From: an uncultured Rhodothermales bacterium
GTDB lineage: Bacteria > Bacteroidota > Rhodothermia > Rhodothermales > CAYLXM01
Direction of reading: 5' to 3'
Assembly (NCBI GenBank): GCA_964539455.1
Contig: CAZIIP010000001.1
Span: 2,380-66,379 of the forward strand
Length of the DNA: 64,000 nucleotides
Positions within the stretch are counted from its first letter, which is position 1; each line of letters opens with the position of its first letter. The notes beneath the pieces were generated by a model. The model was not told the origin of the DNA and searched no databases. It saw nothing but the letters and a program-made list of their open reading frames with translations. The translations under genes were made by a program, and so were the position numbers. Below, piece after piece: positions 49,301-57,600 of this stretch.

Positions 49301-49816
49301 CGGACTTCCGTACAGCAGCAGATCGATCCCCGGGTAAATGCCGTCGAGACGAACGGCGCGATAGTGCACCACGCATTGCTGCCAGCGTTCTTCTTTGTTG
49401 CCGATGAAATAATGTGACTCCGAGCCCTGCAGATCGATTCCGGCGATGGCCTCGGCAGCCTTCCCTCCGATCCAACGCATGGAAAAGCCATCAACAGCAC
49501 CCGACAAGCCTGTCCGGTTCCGCCAGACGATCCGATCAGATTCCGACAACACCGCGTAGCCCGGTCCCCGAGCGAAAAATCGAACCGCTCCCGGCGCCTG
49601 GCCCCGGTTCTCCTCAAAAAGGAGCGAAAGACGGGCAATGTCGAATCTCTCCGAGGGAAGGGATACAAACCGGGCATGGGAACCGGCTTCGCCGTACCCC
49701 CATGGCGGCGCTCCTTCGAAGAAAACAAATGAAACTGCAACCGTCAGTGCAATAACGGAAATAGGGTATGAAGAAAGGGGGTGGTTGTGGTCGACTTTGC
49801 TTCCCTGATGCAGCAT
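43397..49816 (-). CDS. giant (2139 aa) T9SS-secreted multidomain protein: SBBP-type beta-propeller repeats, embedded HEXXH zincin, IPT/TIG-, PPC-, FN3- and cadherin-like modules, T9SS CTD
   Basis: Hydrophobic N-terminus. At least six repeats of [VY]V[TAV]G.T.S.[DS]FP with DAF[VI].KL (SBBP type). HELGH at aa 1223-1227 (46136..46150) followed by LGDEY. EPND... PPC-like module. Tail HPNYPNPFEF...IFSLLGRRV...LPAGVYLCRL...VLIR. Confidence 0.9.
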   Translation of the reverse strand: MLHQGSKVDHNHPLSSYPISVIALTVAVSFVFFEGAPPWGYGEAGSHARFVSLPSERFDIARLSLLFEENRGQAPGAVRFFARGPGYAVLSESDRIVWRNRTGLSGAVDGFSMRWIGGKAAEAIAGIDLQGSESHYFIGNKEERWQQCVVHYRAVRLDGIYPGIDLLLYGSPAELEFDFVVAPGADPEIVKLGFDGITSMRAAGNGGYILKTKAETYLLNEPVLYQEIGGERVSVEGAFRRYRGQTLGFFVGDYDRGFPLVIDPVVSASGSYLGGSLSDVVTSLDRDEEGYLYVAGATRSADFISNPISAASGGGIVDGYIDLYGPTGRTINGANRIWNYGSDAFVMKLSRDATELIWATYLGGSYSESPPRNGGDAAFDMVVDGSGNVLVTGATSSGDFPGTTEGMPARGSAFVAKLGENGSLTWGKYLGAGTTSWGIFDATNYAYGVATDASDNVYVTGTTGASDFPTTPGAFQGCGFEEDDLYCDGITSCGETNSSEIECEGTDAFVVKLDPEGKAVYSTILTSTDHEWVDGVQQPGDERAFGHEYGAAIKVDAEGRAYVVGTTTGAGSDFSAYGNYPTHSEAYRNGIDKEYGGRPGVFVSILSDDGSALEYSTLLGGSGVEEGLDIALDTEGNVYVTGYTTSEDFPTKGPAANGIAQGMCRAWESGSAKRCGDAFITKFNPTLSDVHFSRYLGGEGQEYLESGATDFGEDGATAIDLDSDGNVLVAGYTSSDSFPTKDASQDTLGGQKDGFAAKLDGENGETIYATYLGSTGDEFVWDVLGFDAPDEGSEKTGDWEHELVVDLIAGESTSAETIFFSQLENAFDDLVEKVGGWLVGLSFTTPYRMIPGGIGYDSFNYDPDVGAFQSTFSTLRILGTGLIDVEEVVFENGGAADVQMVTEIVSVSDIEVVYDLIVEHGAPLGEREIILKQKNGKPDINVTDNAGKNFLVTKVAVSFNQAVDDRSLDTEEYHRMQIAGKHGAMRIQFHNDPDRDETYRGELRLNGVTGRSSSVQDYRADETHTVNEMLGGGDYLSIPYPGDGGFPAGTYTFSCDMYAPEWHLRCPDIERTFVDTRSLLLPLIIFDQPLPGGGTRSVLPAGRTPEDLADSVRAFLAKTLPIAGDNLQIETVLRTALPADVQAEIDPSTLRLSKRGKLMHEEDLLEMLDVINLIAATSGDDVANVIVSFVPRSLISSLGYTRGGSCFVVISDDFRWAGPTVAHELGHKLGECVLKSRPSLNLGDEYNGGWFNCAVNPPAYPVPGKDETWDYVLNEPYLSNTAYCPDSPILLDVHGDNTGVFTSRSAYDAVEDEPRFYWSGTPGRRSYSYMAMGLGAEGGTYWVSSKTYDATHRMLLADPAASKQKSSQSVAMFEIKGWVGRDKTGEIVRVAEQEITGTRTPDIGPYEARLLNAGGSVIQSKSFSVSFLEKSDEPELADHAYFNTRLPRESGASAVSIVLGEIEIARQNLSPNAPDVRIKSPISGQNTSGLIDAVWEGSDADGDSLVYNVVFYADEDSAGVPVAVRLRGTRHRIDLRNLQAGSRPAIGVVASDGYNRTETRVYLNGSSAPRINGLTPTSIQQGATGVSLHLTGSGFVDGTTLAVGGGGVTVTGIDVASSSEISATLNVASDAPTGIRIVQVFNPDASSAEAALLEVKSSGLMDVQLTWQPPDSSIANGPPRGLEATIVSSTYVQLDTGAGKTLTARKSRPSFPLIGAATVVDEVEPNDLATSAQVLYGPSPAQVKGQAEDVDEGGIIFEIEYGESIVEDDIEDFFEVTTTAPGISVRLDSFNVDCDLYVLDKQTLDPVDFALTGSDAGPEIVELPDEPAGAYLIGVSIFDSGGTGNDSTRYVLTVTGSLSEEGGGDGPVSGPTHYRIYRSNREDAVSSGTRIAEVEADAGQSSTASYLDKNLTRGTWYYSVKAVYTEAISMPSNEVLVEPPGTEDNQAPRLQDSPPDMTLLVDADPYEEDLRRIFSDPDGHDLNYSANSSDQAVAAVQIDGYSLRVIPLSVGTAEITMRANDGLGGSAVAVFRVLVPTGVAAGDTQPALTTGLHPNYPNPFEFQTTIRYELDSTAEVSLEIFSLLGRRVATLVDETKKPGRYQIQWNGVNAAGGRLPAGVYLCRLRAGHVVQTQTLVLIR

Positions 49817-49911
49817 CAGAAGACGAGTAGGTTGAGACAGGGCTCCGTGACGCGCAGAATCAGCCCAAACCTGTCGGTGGGTAGGTACCCGAGGGACTAC
49901 AAGCTAAGGAC

Positions 49912-49932
49912 GTTCAACGTTCTATGTTCAAC
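49912..49932. repeat. heptamer-periodic tract GTTCAAC GTTCTAT GTTCAAC
   Basis: Read directly, in the spacer upstream of the giant gene start. Confidence 0.8.
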
Positions 49933-50058
49933 GCACTGCAAGGCGGAGTTTGGGTGGGATTCTGGAGACGAGGCGTTCCTGGTCCGAACTGCCGAATGTT
50001 CCGAGCGGAGCGAGGAATGCCCAATGCCCTGAGCGAAGCGAAGGGTGCCGAATTCCGT

Positions 50059-50094
50059 GTATGAGTACGAGTACGGGTACGTGTACGTGTACGA
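50059..50094. repeat. hexamer microsatellite (GTAYGN) x6
   Basis: gtatga gtacga gtacgg gtacgt gtacgt gtacga. This tract produces the RTRTRTRT run in the spurious ORF 49914..50252. Confidence 0.9.
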
Positions 50095-50142
50095 TTGCAA
50101 AGCTCAAGGTCCGGTTCTGAACCAGGAGTTAGGAGTCCGGAG

Positions 50143-51063
50143 TTATGAGTTGGCGTCCTCCCCCGTGACGGGATCATGCAGATAGTTCCAGTCCCAGAAC
50201 CAGAACGCCAGACCTTTCCATCTGCCCCATTTTTCGAATGCGCGCTCGACATCGGCTGGTTTTACCGGCTTACCATTGTACCACTCGTGCGACACGAGCT
50301 TGATTGCCCAGGAATCGATCGGCAGATGGTCGAATCGTCCGAAGAGCATCAGTAGACTCGCAGCCGCATAGGGACCGATACCGTTGATGGACAGGAGCTT
50401 TTTGCGCAGCGACGGCGTGTCCTCCGTGGTGGATCGGAAGGCCTCGACGTCCAGTTCACCGTCAGCGATTGCGCGGGACAAGGTCCTGATATGCGGTGCA
50501 CGGTATCCCAATCCGGCATCCTTCTGTAGAATTGTATCCGAAACAACGGCCAGTACATCCGGTGCGGGAAAGGCACACCGGTCGTCCCCGTTTCCCATTT
50601 TATCTCCCCAAAGACGCACGAGGTTTCCGACCATCCGCATGGTACCCGACCACGTGGTGTTGGTCGTTAAAATCACCTTGACCATGTCCTCGAAAACCGT
50701 CGGTGCGCGGAGCAAACGTCCTTTCTCACACTCAATAGCATTCAAGAGCTTGGCTTCCCCGTCCGCTGCCGCATAAAAAGTGGAAAGATCCACGTTCGTT
50801 TGCAGCATGGCCGTTAGACGTTTCCGAATCTCCCGCTTTTCCGCAGCAGAAACCTCTTCCGACAACCTTGCCTGAATGTGCTTTCTCGGTTGTGTCAGCG
50901 TATGTGCAACGACACGCCCCGAGGAAAGCCGGTCAACGTAGTCCAACCTGGTTCGCGCTTCGTTGCATTCGAACGGTGCCAGAGAAGCCCAACCGTGAGA
51001 GACGATGACCTCGTGAAGGGAATAAGTGGCCGGGACTTTTATTGTCATTCGGGGCTGAGGCAC
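50143..51063 (-). CDS. HhH-GPD superfamily DNA glycosylase (AlkA/Ogg-like)
   Basis: Helix-hairpin-helix LLSINGIGPYAAASLLMLFGRFDHLPIDSWAIKL with the Asp in the expected place, and an N-terminal AlkA_N/OGG_N-like domain. Confidence 0.75.
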   Translation of the reverse strand: MPQPRMTIKVPATYSLHEVIVSHGWASLAPFECNEARTRLDYVDRLSSGRVVAHTLTQPRKHIQARLSEEVSAAEKREIRKRLTAMLQTNVDLSTFYAAADGEAKLLNAIECEKGRLLRAPTVFEDMVKVILTTNTTWSGTMRMVGNLVRLWGDKMGNGDDRCAFPAPDVLAVVSDTILQKDAGLGYRAPHIRTLSRAIADGELDVEAFRSTTEDTPSLRKKLLSINGIGPYAAASLLMLFGRFDHLPIDSWAIKLVSHEWYNGKPVKPADVERAFEKWGRWKGLAFWFWDWNYLHDPVTGEDANS

Positions 51064-51077
51064 ATTGAAGGGATTAC

Positions 51078-51112
51078 GTTTCAGGTTTCAGGTATCAAGT
51101 TGCAGACTTCAG
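51078..51112. repeat. heptamer-periodic tract (GTTTCAG GTTTCAG GTATCAA GTTGCAG ACTTCAG)
   Basis: Read directly, 15 nt upstream of the glycosylase start. Confidence 0.85.
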
Positions 51113-51292
51113 GACAAGATCTTTGGTTTGTCTGGTTGAGAGCATTCGAAAATTTGGGCGTTCGGCTCCCGTATATGTACCCGTTCTCGTTCCCAGGCTT
51201 CAGGATCCTTGGCTCCGATAAGCACATTTCCGCTTGCGCATTTTCAGCCGCGTTTTTCATCGATCTCCACCGGTGTCTGCATCGGTTCGTTC

Positions 51293-52258
51293 TTATGTGC
51301 CGGAAGAAAGGACTGATTTGAACAGATATGTCCCGGCCGGATTGTCGACAAAGATCCGGCGGACCAGCTCCTCGCCGATTTCAGCCTCCAGCTGCGGCTT
51401 GAACGTATCGAGCAAAAATGTCAGTCCGGGTTCTCCACCATACCCGCGCCAATAACGCCGGCGTGCGGCATCCATTCCGAGCATCAATTGATCGGGGAAC
51501 TCGTGAGCAAGCTGCACAACCAGATCAAACGTCGGGTTGCCGTCCGGTTCCTTCCACCTGAAGGCCGAATCGTATTCGAGACGAACGCCTGTCGACAGCA
51601 CTTCGCGATGATAGCCCGCATCCGGCTGCCTGTCGGTATGTGACAGACAAACATGTGAAAGATCCACCCCTCCTTTCTCGAGCATCGCAACCTGCTCCAT
51701 CGCCAACATTCCCTGCTCGGTGTGCGTGAGGATCGGACAACCGGTAGCTGCTTGGGCAGCGGCCGCGGCGGCAAATACTTTTTCCTCCCGGGGCGTAATC
51801 CGGGCGTCGGTAGCCACCTTGATGAGTCCTGCCCGGTGATCCGTTCGATCGATAACGGGCCCGTTCAGGTCATTGCCGTCTATCCCTTCGCTTATTTCGT
51901 CCACAAACAGCCTTGTGAGAACCTCTTCCGAATAGAATCCGCTCCAGTGACCGGGATCGTAGTATTTGGCAAGGTGGATTCCTGTGGGACACACGATGTG
52001 GACGCCGCTTTTTCGGGACACCTCCGCCAGTTTCGCCACGTTCCTCCCGGCGTCGCATGGCATCGAATCGACCATTGACCTGCCCCCGGCCCTGCGAAAC
52101 GCCTTCAGTTCTTCAGCCGCAACAACAACCGAATCCAGTAGGAAATCAGAATACCGATAGGTGGTAAAGCTGTTGTCGATGATGATGTGCTCATGGGCGT
52201 AACACACCCCGAGATCTTCTGGATTGATATCGCCAAGGACGGTCCGGACGAACGACAT
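51293..52258 (-). CDS. phosphotriesterase-family (PTE/Php-like) amidohydrolase
   Basis: GVCYAHEHIIID metal-binding start, LIKVATD, THTEQG, LSHTD, and the TIM-barrel length. Confidence 0.85.
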   Translation of the reverse strand: MSFVRTVLGDINPEDLGVCYAHEHIIIDNSFTTYRYSDFLLDSVVVAAEELKAFRRAGGRSMVDSMPCDAGRNVAKLAEVSRKSGVHIVCPTGIHLAKYYDPGHWSGFYSEEVLTRLFVDEISEGIDGNDLNGPVIDRTDHRAGLIKVATDARITPREEKVFAAAAAAQAATGCPILTHTEQGMLAMEQVAMLEKGGVDLSHVCLSHTDRQPDAGYHREVLSTGVRLEYDSAFRWKEPDGNPTFDLVVQLAHEFPDQLMLGMDAARRRYWRGYGGEPGLTFLLDTFKPQLEAEIGEELVRRIFVDNPAGTYLFKSVLSSGT

Positions 52259-52267
52259 TTCGCGCTG

Positions 52268-53662
52268 TCAATTACTTTTGGATTGCCTGTTTTTTGACCA
52301 GTCGGCTGCCCCGGTATGCGCGACATTGTCAGGAATCTCGAGCACCGCGCCCAACCGGCGCAAGCGGTCTTGAAGTGCCGTGATCGGCACATCTTGGGCA
52401 CCGCAGTCATGTTCCAGACTCAGAGCCGCAGCCGTCCCTGCCGCCTGACCCATCGACATGGTCTGCGCCATGGAACGGCAGGAAGCATGGGCGTCGTGCG
52501 TGGCCGAAAAGCACCGTCCGGCAATCCAGACTTCCTCCCGGCCGGCCGGTACGAGTGTGTGGTACGGTACGTCGTAGGCCTCTCCGCCCGGAACGTATGC
52601 CCACTCCGTTTCCTCTTCACCGCTTGCCGCCTGCCGGTGATCTTCGATGGGAGCGCCACAGAGCAGGACCCGATCTCCGAACCTGGCAACCGACAGACAA
52701 TCCTCTCTCGTGAGCCGGTAGCCACCGTATACGCGTCTCGTTTCCCGCACGCCGATCTGGTTCGAGAGACCGATGAGCTCCGAACGCTCGAAGCCGGGCA
52801 CACAATCTCGAAAGAATCGCTCGTAAACAAAGGCCTGGCGCCTTCCCTCCTGCTCGGCCGCGGTGAGCTGTGAAGCATCCGTTGCATCTACGTCCGCCAC
52901 CCGAACCGCCACGGTTGAAATGCAACCCTCGACATTCATCCGGTGAAGACTTCCCTTCTTCCTTGGAAGATCATGCGTACCGCTTTCGACCGCCGCCGCC
53001 ATGTGTTCCATCAGCATCTTTTTCCCGCCTGAAGATTCGTACTTCTCCAGATTGACGTTGCAGATACGAAACGTGGTCGTGAGGGTCTGGGCCGGATCGA
53101 GATCGCCCGCTTTCTCGTAAGGGATATCCGCATGGAAACACAGATCAGCGTCTCCGGAAGCATCGATGAACCGGTCGGCATTGATCCGGAAAAAGCCGTT
53201 TTTGGTCCAGACGATCACAGCCTGAATCCACCCATCGGTTCCGGTGATCACATCCACCAATAATGTGTGCAGCATCAACTGAACACCCGCTTTCGCGAGC
53301 ATACTGTCCCATACGTATTTCAGCCGTTCCGGATGATAGTTAACGCCTGTCCCGGCTCCGTAGGTGTTGGGACGAAGGAATACCGCATTTAGTGCATCCA
53401 GCCGATCAACTACCCGATCCGGAATGCCTCCCGCTACTTTTTTCGGCGCTTCACCTGGTGTAAAAAAGCCGTAAAAGGTATCGAGCATCTGCGTGGAGGT
53501 CCCGCCGGGAAAACCGTACCGCTCCAGCAGCAAAACGGAGTGTCTACCGGTTTCGCGTGCAGCCAATGCAGCACTGGATCCGGCCGATCCGGATCCCACA
53601 ACCAGAATGTCAACGGTGTCGAGAACGGGAATATTTTGAGGAATGAAGACGGGAGGTCTCAT
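52268..53662 (-). CDS. FAD-dependent oxidoreductase (GIDA/FAD_oxidored-like)
   Basis: Dinucleotide fold VDILVVGSGSAGSSAALAARE. 464 aa, with a 9-nt gap to the PTE gene. Confidence 0.8.
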   Translation of the reverse strand: MRPPVFIPQNIPVLDTVDILVVGSGSAGSSAALAARETGRHSVLLLERYGFPGGTSTQMLDTFYGFFTPGEAPKKVAGGIPDRVVDRLDALNAVFLRPNTYGAGTGVNYHPERLKYVWDSMLAKAGVQLMLHTLLVDVITGTDGWIQAVIVWTKNGFFRINADRFIDASGDADLCFHADIPYEKAGDLDPAQTLTTTFRICNVNLEKYESSGGKKMLMEHMAAAVESGTHDLPRKKGSLHRMNVEGCISTVAVRVADVDATDASQLTAAEQEGRRQAFVYERFFRDCVPGFERSELIGLSNQIGVRETRRVYGGYRLTREDCLSVARFGDRVLLCGAPIEDHRQAASGEEETEWAYVPGGEAYDVPYHTLVPAGREEVWIAGRCFSATHDAHASCRSMAQTMSMGQAAGTAAALSLEHDCGAQDVPITALQDRLRRLGAVLEIPDNVAHTGAADWSKNRQSKSN

Positions 53663-53667
53663 GAACG

Positions 53668-54450
53668 TTACGGCTCCCCAACGGCCTCGTACAGCCGAGC
53701 CAGCCGATGGGCATGTTCATCGTATGCTGCTTCGAAGAGTGCGGCGGCGCGTTCGGTGCCGATCACGTTCGTGCCCGAAAGCACCTTGGGCGGCTGACCG
53801 GCTTTTACCAATCGGTCCGCCACCTCCGCCTTGATCGCATTAATCAACATACATCCACCTACGGTAGATCCCGGCGAAACCGGCGTATCCAGCCCCTCAA
53901 TCGAAACCATGGCATCACCTGGTGGCGCACCGGTGTCCAATACCAGGTCGGCAAAATCGTGCAGCTTCTTTCCGCGTTTATCTTTGGACGTGCTCGTCTC
54001 CGCATGGCGTCTGGAAATGATCGCCACCACCTGAAGCCCGGACTGCTGGAACAGCTCCGCCATCTCGATGGGAACGACGTTCGATCCACTGGATGATATC
54101 ACCAGAGCGGAATCACGCGCGTCGAGCGCGTAGTTCCGGAGAATCCGCGCGGCAAAACCCGGAACGTTTTCCAGAAACATGGCCTGACGCTGGCCATTCG
54201 CACCGACTACGAGGTTGTGAAAGCTCAACGAGAGCTCGACGATCGGATTGAAGCCGGGGAATGATCCGTATCGGGGCCACATTTCTTCGACCATGATCCG
54301 GCTGTGTCCGGAGCCGAAGATGTGCACCATGCGATCGGCAAGAATCGTATCGGCGAACCAGTCGGCCGCCGTTTGGATCTGCTCTATCTGCGTTTCAACC
54401 GTTTCGACCAACCCTCGACACCGGTTGATGAATGACTTGGATGGGGACAT
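53668..54450 (-). CDS. SIS (sugar isomerase) domain protein, UPF0309-like
   Basis: Start at MSPSKSFINRC (cat 54448..54450). HIFGSGHSRIM, VISSSGSNVVPIE. 5-nt gap to the FAD gene. Confidence 0.8.
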   Translation of the reverse strand: MSPSKSFINRCRGLVETVETQIEQIQTAADWFADTILADRMVHIFGSGHSRIMVEEMWPRYGSFPGFNPIVELSLSFHNLVVGANGQRQAMFLENVPGFAARILRNYALDARDSALVISSSGSNVVPIEMAELFQQSGLQVVAIISRRHAETSTSKDKRGKKLHDFADLVLDTGAPPGDAMVSIEGLDTPVSPGSTVGGCMLINAIKAEVADRLVKAGQPPKVLSGTNVIGTERAAALFEAAYDEHAHRLARLYEAVGEP

Positions 54451-54656
54451 GGAAGAAGGAGTGCGTTTTCGTCTCTCTGCGAGAGCCGCGAATCGCACAG
54501 CTCTCAGTCCATTCGTTTTTGAATCGTGTAAACTACGTATTTCGCCCCAGACTCCAGCTTTGCACTATGCGAATGAGTGATGACGCGGCGGGATACACGA
54601 CCCTGCGTACGTCAATACCGCTCCAACCACACTGCAGGACTCGGAGACCTGAGACG

Positions 54657-54690
54657 AACGACTACCTATTTAAAACGACTACCTATTTAA
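54657..54690. repeat. perfect 17-bp tandem duplication spanning the stop codon of the 2107-aa gene
   Basis: aacgactacctatttaa occurs twice (54657..54673 and 54674..54690). The second copy contains the last two codons and the TAG stop (54683..54685). Confidence 0.9.
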
Positions 54691-57600
54691 CCAGTAACAT
54701 CTTCTTTACCGCAACGAATTCGCCCATCTCAATGCGGTACAAATAGACACCGGATGGCAGTCCCGCACCGTCAAAATTAGCCGTGTACTGACCCGGTGAC
54801 AAGGAGCGATCCACCAGCGTCACGACCCTGCGCCCGATCACATCGAACACGTCCATTCTCACGTGGCCGGTTTCCACCACGTCGAACGGGATTTTCGTCG
54901 TCGGATTGAACGGATTGGGGTAATTGCCGTAAAGCGCATACTTGTCGGGTAAAACACGCTCCTCTGTTTCGCTCGCTACGGCGGCAGGAACATCGGCCCG
55001 AAAGGTCATCGAGGCCCATCCTCCGTTGCCGTCGCTTGCGGAGAGGGACACGTCGGCAGATCCGAGGCTTGTCGCCTCGAGGTTTACCACGTTACCCTCC
55101 AGGGTTGCCTGGACGACCGCAAGATCCGAGCTTGAAATCTCGTATAACAATACATCGCCGTCCAGATCCCTGAACAGGGGCATTGCACCCGGCACTTCCC
55201 GTCGGTAGTCCTCTCCGTTAAGCAACAGCGTCACATCCGGGATTCGATTCCAGACGAGCGGCACGCGGTTCGGTGTTTCGACATCCACGAGATTCTCGTT
55301 CGACGCATTGCTTTCCGCTCCATCAAAGACCGCCGTCACTTCGTAGTAGTATGTCTCCCCGCCGTCCACGAGATCGACATACCAACCTGCGGCGCCGGAG
55401 GTGGTGGCGATGCGGGAGCCCGATGACGAGGCATTCGGCGTCATCGACCGGTAGACGTGATAGGCTGTCGGTGTGACGCCGGCGCCGCCTTCGATATCTC
55501 CCTCAACCGTCAGCGTGTAGTCGGTCGGCACATCGCCGCCGGGCGCATCGTCGAAAACCGTGGCAGCGACCAGGTAGGTACCCGCCGGAAGCGAAGCGAT
55601 TTCGATCGATTCATCGGCGACGCCCGCATCATTTGAAACCCCTCTGATCTCCAGACCGTCACCGACCACCTCGATGACAAACAGGTCCATATCGGCAACC
55701 GCGTCCGTGAGGCTCACCGTAAGTCCCGGTGAGAGGATCGTTACCGAATAGAGGTCCTCGATGTCGTCCCGTATCTCGTCCGGTTGCCCGGCATTGTACT
55801 GGATAAATACGTCGTTGACATCCGCCGTGTCGGCACTCGCATTGACCACAATCGGCAAGGTGCCCTGCAGTACCTGTGCTTCGTCGATGGTATTGTTCGG
55901 TTCGATCTCATCGATAGTGACGTAGGTGCCCAACGGTCGGTCCGGCAGCCGTTTGGACGCGGCTTCATCGGCGCTTCCTCGTGGTGGTGCCGGAATTCCG
56001 AGGCCGTAGTGTCCGCGTTTTGCCACGCCGGCCGCGGAGGTTTTGGTACTGAGATTGCGGGGCCTGTCTCCGATCGTCGCAGGCGGATCCCAGGTGAGTA
56101 TCACGTTGCTCGGGACCTTCTGGACCTCGTGCACCTCGAATGCACCGGCAGCAATACCGCTGATTCCGACGGGATTTTTCACGGTCACGTCCCTTCTCCC
56201 GACCGGCGCATCGCCGTCAATGGCGAGTGTCGCCTCTATTTTCGTGGTGCTCTTGACAGCGACGCTGAGGACCTCGATTCCGTCACCGAATTCCGGTCGG
56301 GATCCTTCCATGAAATTGGCCCCGTTGATCTCCACCGTTACGTCCGAGTCGCCGCGAATGGCGCTTCCCGGACCGATCGCCGAGAGTTTCGGCGTGGCGC
56401 GCATCGCGATGGTCTCCGGCGTCTTCCCGGCATCCAGAGGATCCGATCCTGCCTCGATTTCATCACCGTCTTTATAGCCGTCTCCGTCCGTATCCGCCTT
56501 TCCGGGATCCGATCCCAGAAGCATTTCGGCGAGATTCGAGGCTCCGTCGTCATCCGGATCGTCTCCCGAATCAAAAGTCGACACATCCAGGCCGAAATCG
56601 GTCTCGTACTTGTCCGGCATCCCGTCCTCATCGGCATCCCGGGTATCCTTTAAGCTGATGGACAACGTCTGTGCTCCGCCGCCATGCACTCCTTTGGACG
56701 GTGATTCCAACCCCACGCCGATGGGCAGGGTGGTTTTTTCAAAATCACCGTTATATGTGGTTGTCCATGTGATTTCGGTCTTACCTCCTGGTGGGAGACT
56801 CTCAATGGTTTTTGACTTGTCTTCGGGCAGAGACAAACCGGCGTCATCACCCGTCGAGAACAGGTCCGCTTTCAGATTGGTAATCGGCTGGTTGGTCACG
56901 TTGCTGATCGTGGCCTTTACGGTAAAGGTTTTCGGCGAGGCATCGATCTCTTCAAGCGCAGTATCCCCTTCCAGCAACGCGACCTTTTCCACGGCCGCCG
57001 TCGGTCGCACCACTCCCTTGCTTGCCACCTCGTCGCGCAAGGCGGAGAGATCGTCTGCGAAGAGCACCGTTTTGTTGCGGCTTTCCGTGACGGCCTCGTC
57101 AAACATCGCCTTGACCGACGTGTACTCTTCGTTATCCAGGTCTTCCGATTCCGACGCCGCGGCTTCGAAAATGGTGGCCATCAGCGCGAAGTAGAGCTTC
57201 AATCTCGATGCCGTTGATGCCAGCGCCTTGTCGCCCAGCGCGATATAGTCTTCCTTGAAATTCGAATCAATGGACCCGCCGTCGAACGCAGCGCCCTGTA
57301 CGACCGCTTCGGATAACCGTGCCGCCTTTTCCAGCTCGTCGTCGGCCGGAAGCAGCTTTTCCGCCACATGATCCACAAGCGTTACATAGTCTTTTTCATC
57401 GACAAGCGTTTTTGTGGTTGCCAGCTCGGTTTCAAATTTGGTGAGTGCCGTCGCCAAGGCCGCCTGCGCTTCCTGCGTAACCTGGGCTCTCGGAAGCGGC
57501 CTGTTTTTGGAAGCGGCCTCTTCCGCCGCTTCACCGCCCGCATCGAAAAACGCTGAGGCGTTGGCCCGCTCCATCTCTCTCGGCAGCTCGCTGAAAAGTG

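Noticed and set aside
49914-50252. 112-aa ORF containing RTRTRTRTRTHTR
   Set aside because: The peptide repeat is simply the translation of the (GTAYGN)x6 microsatellite. The ORF overlaps the 3' end of the glycosylase gene and has no coding features.
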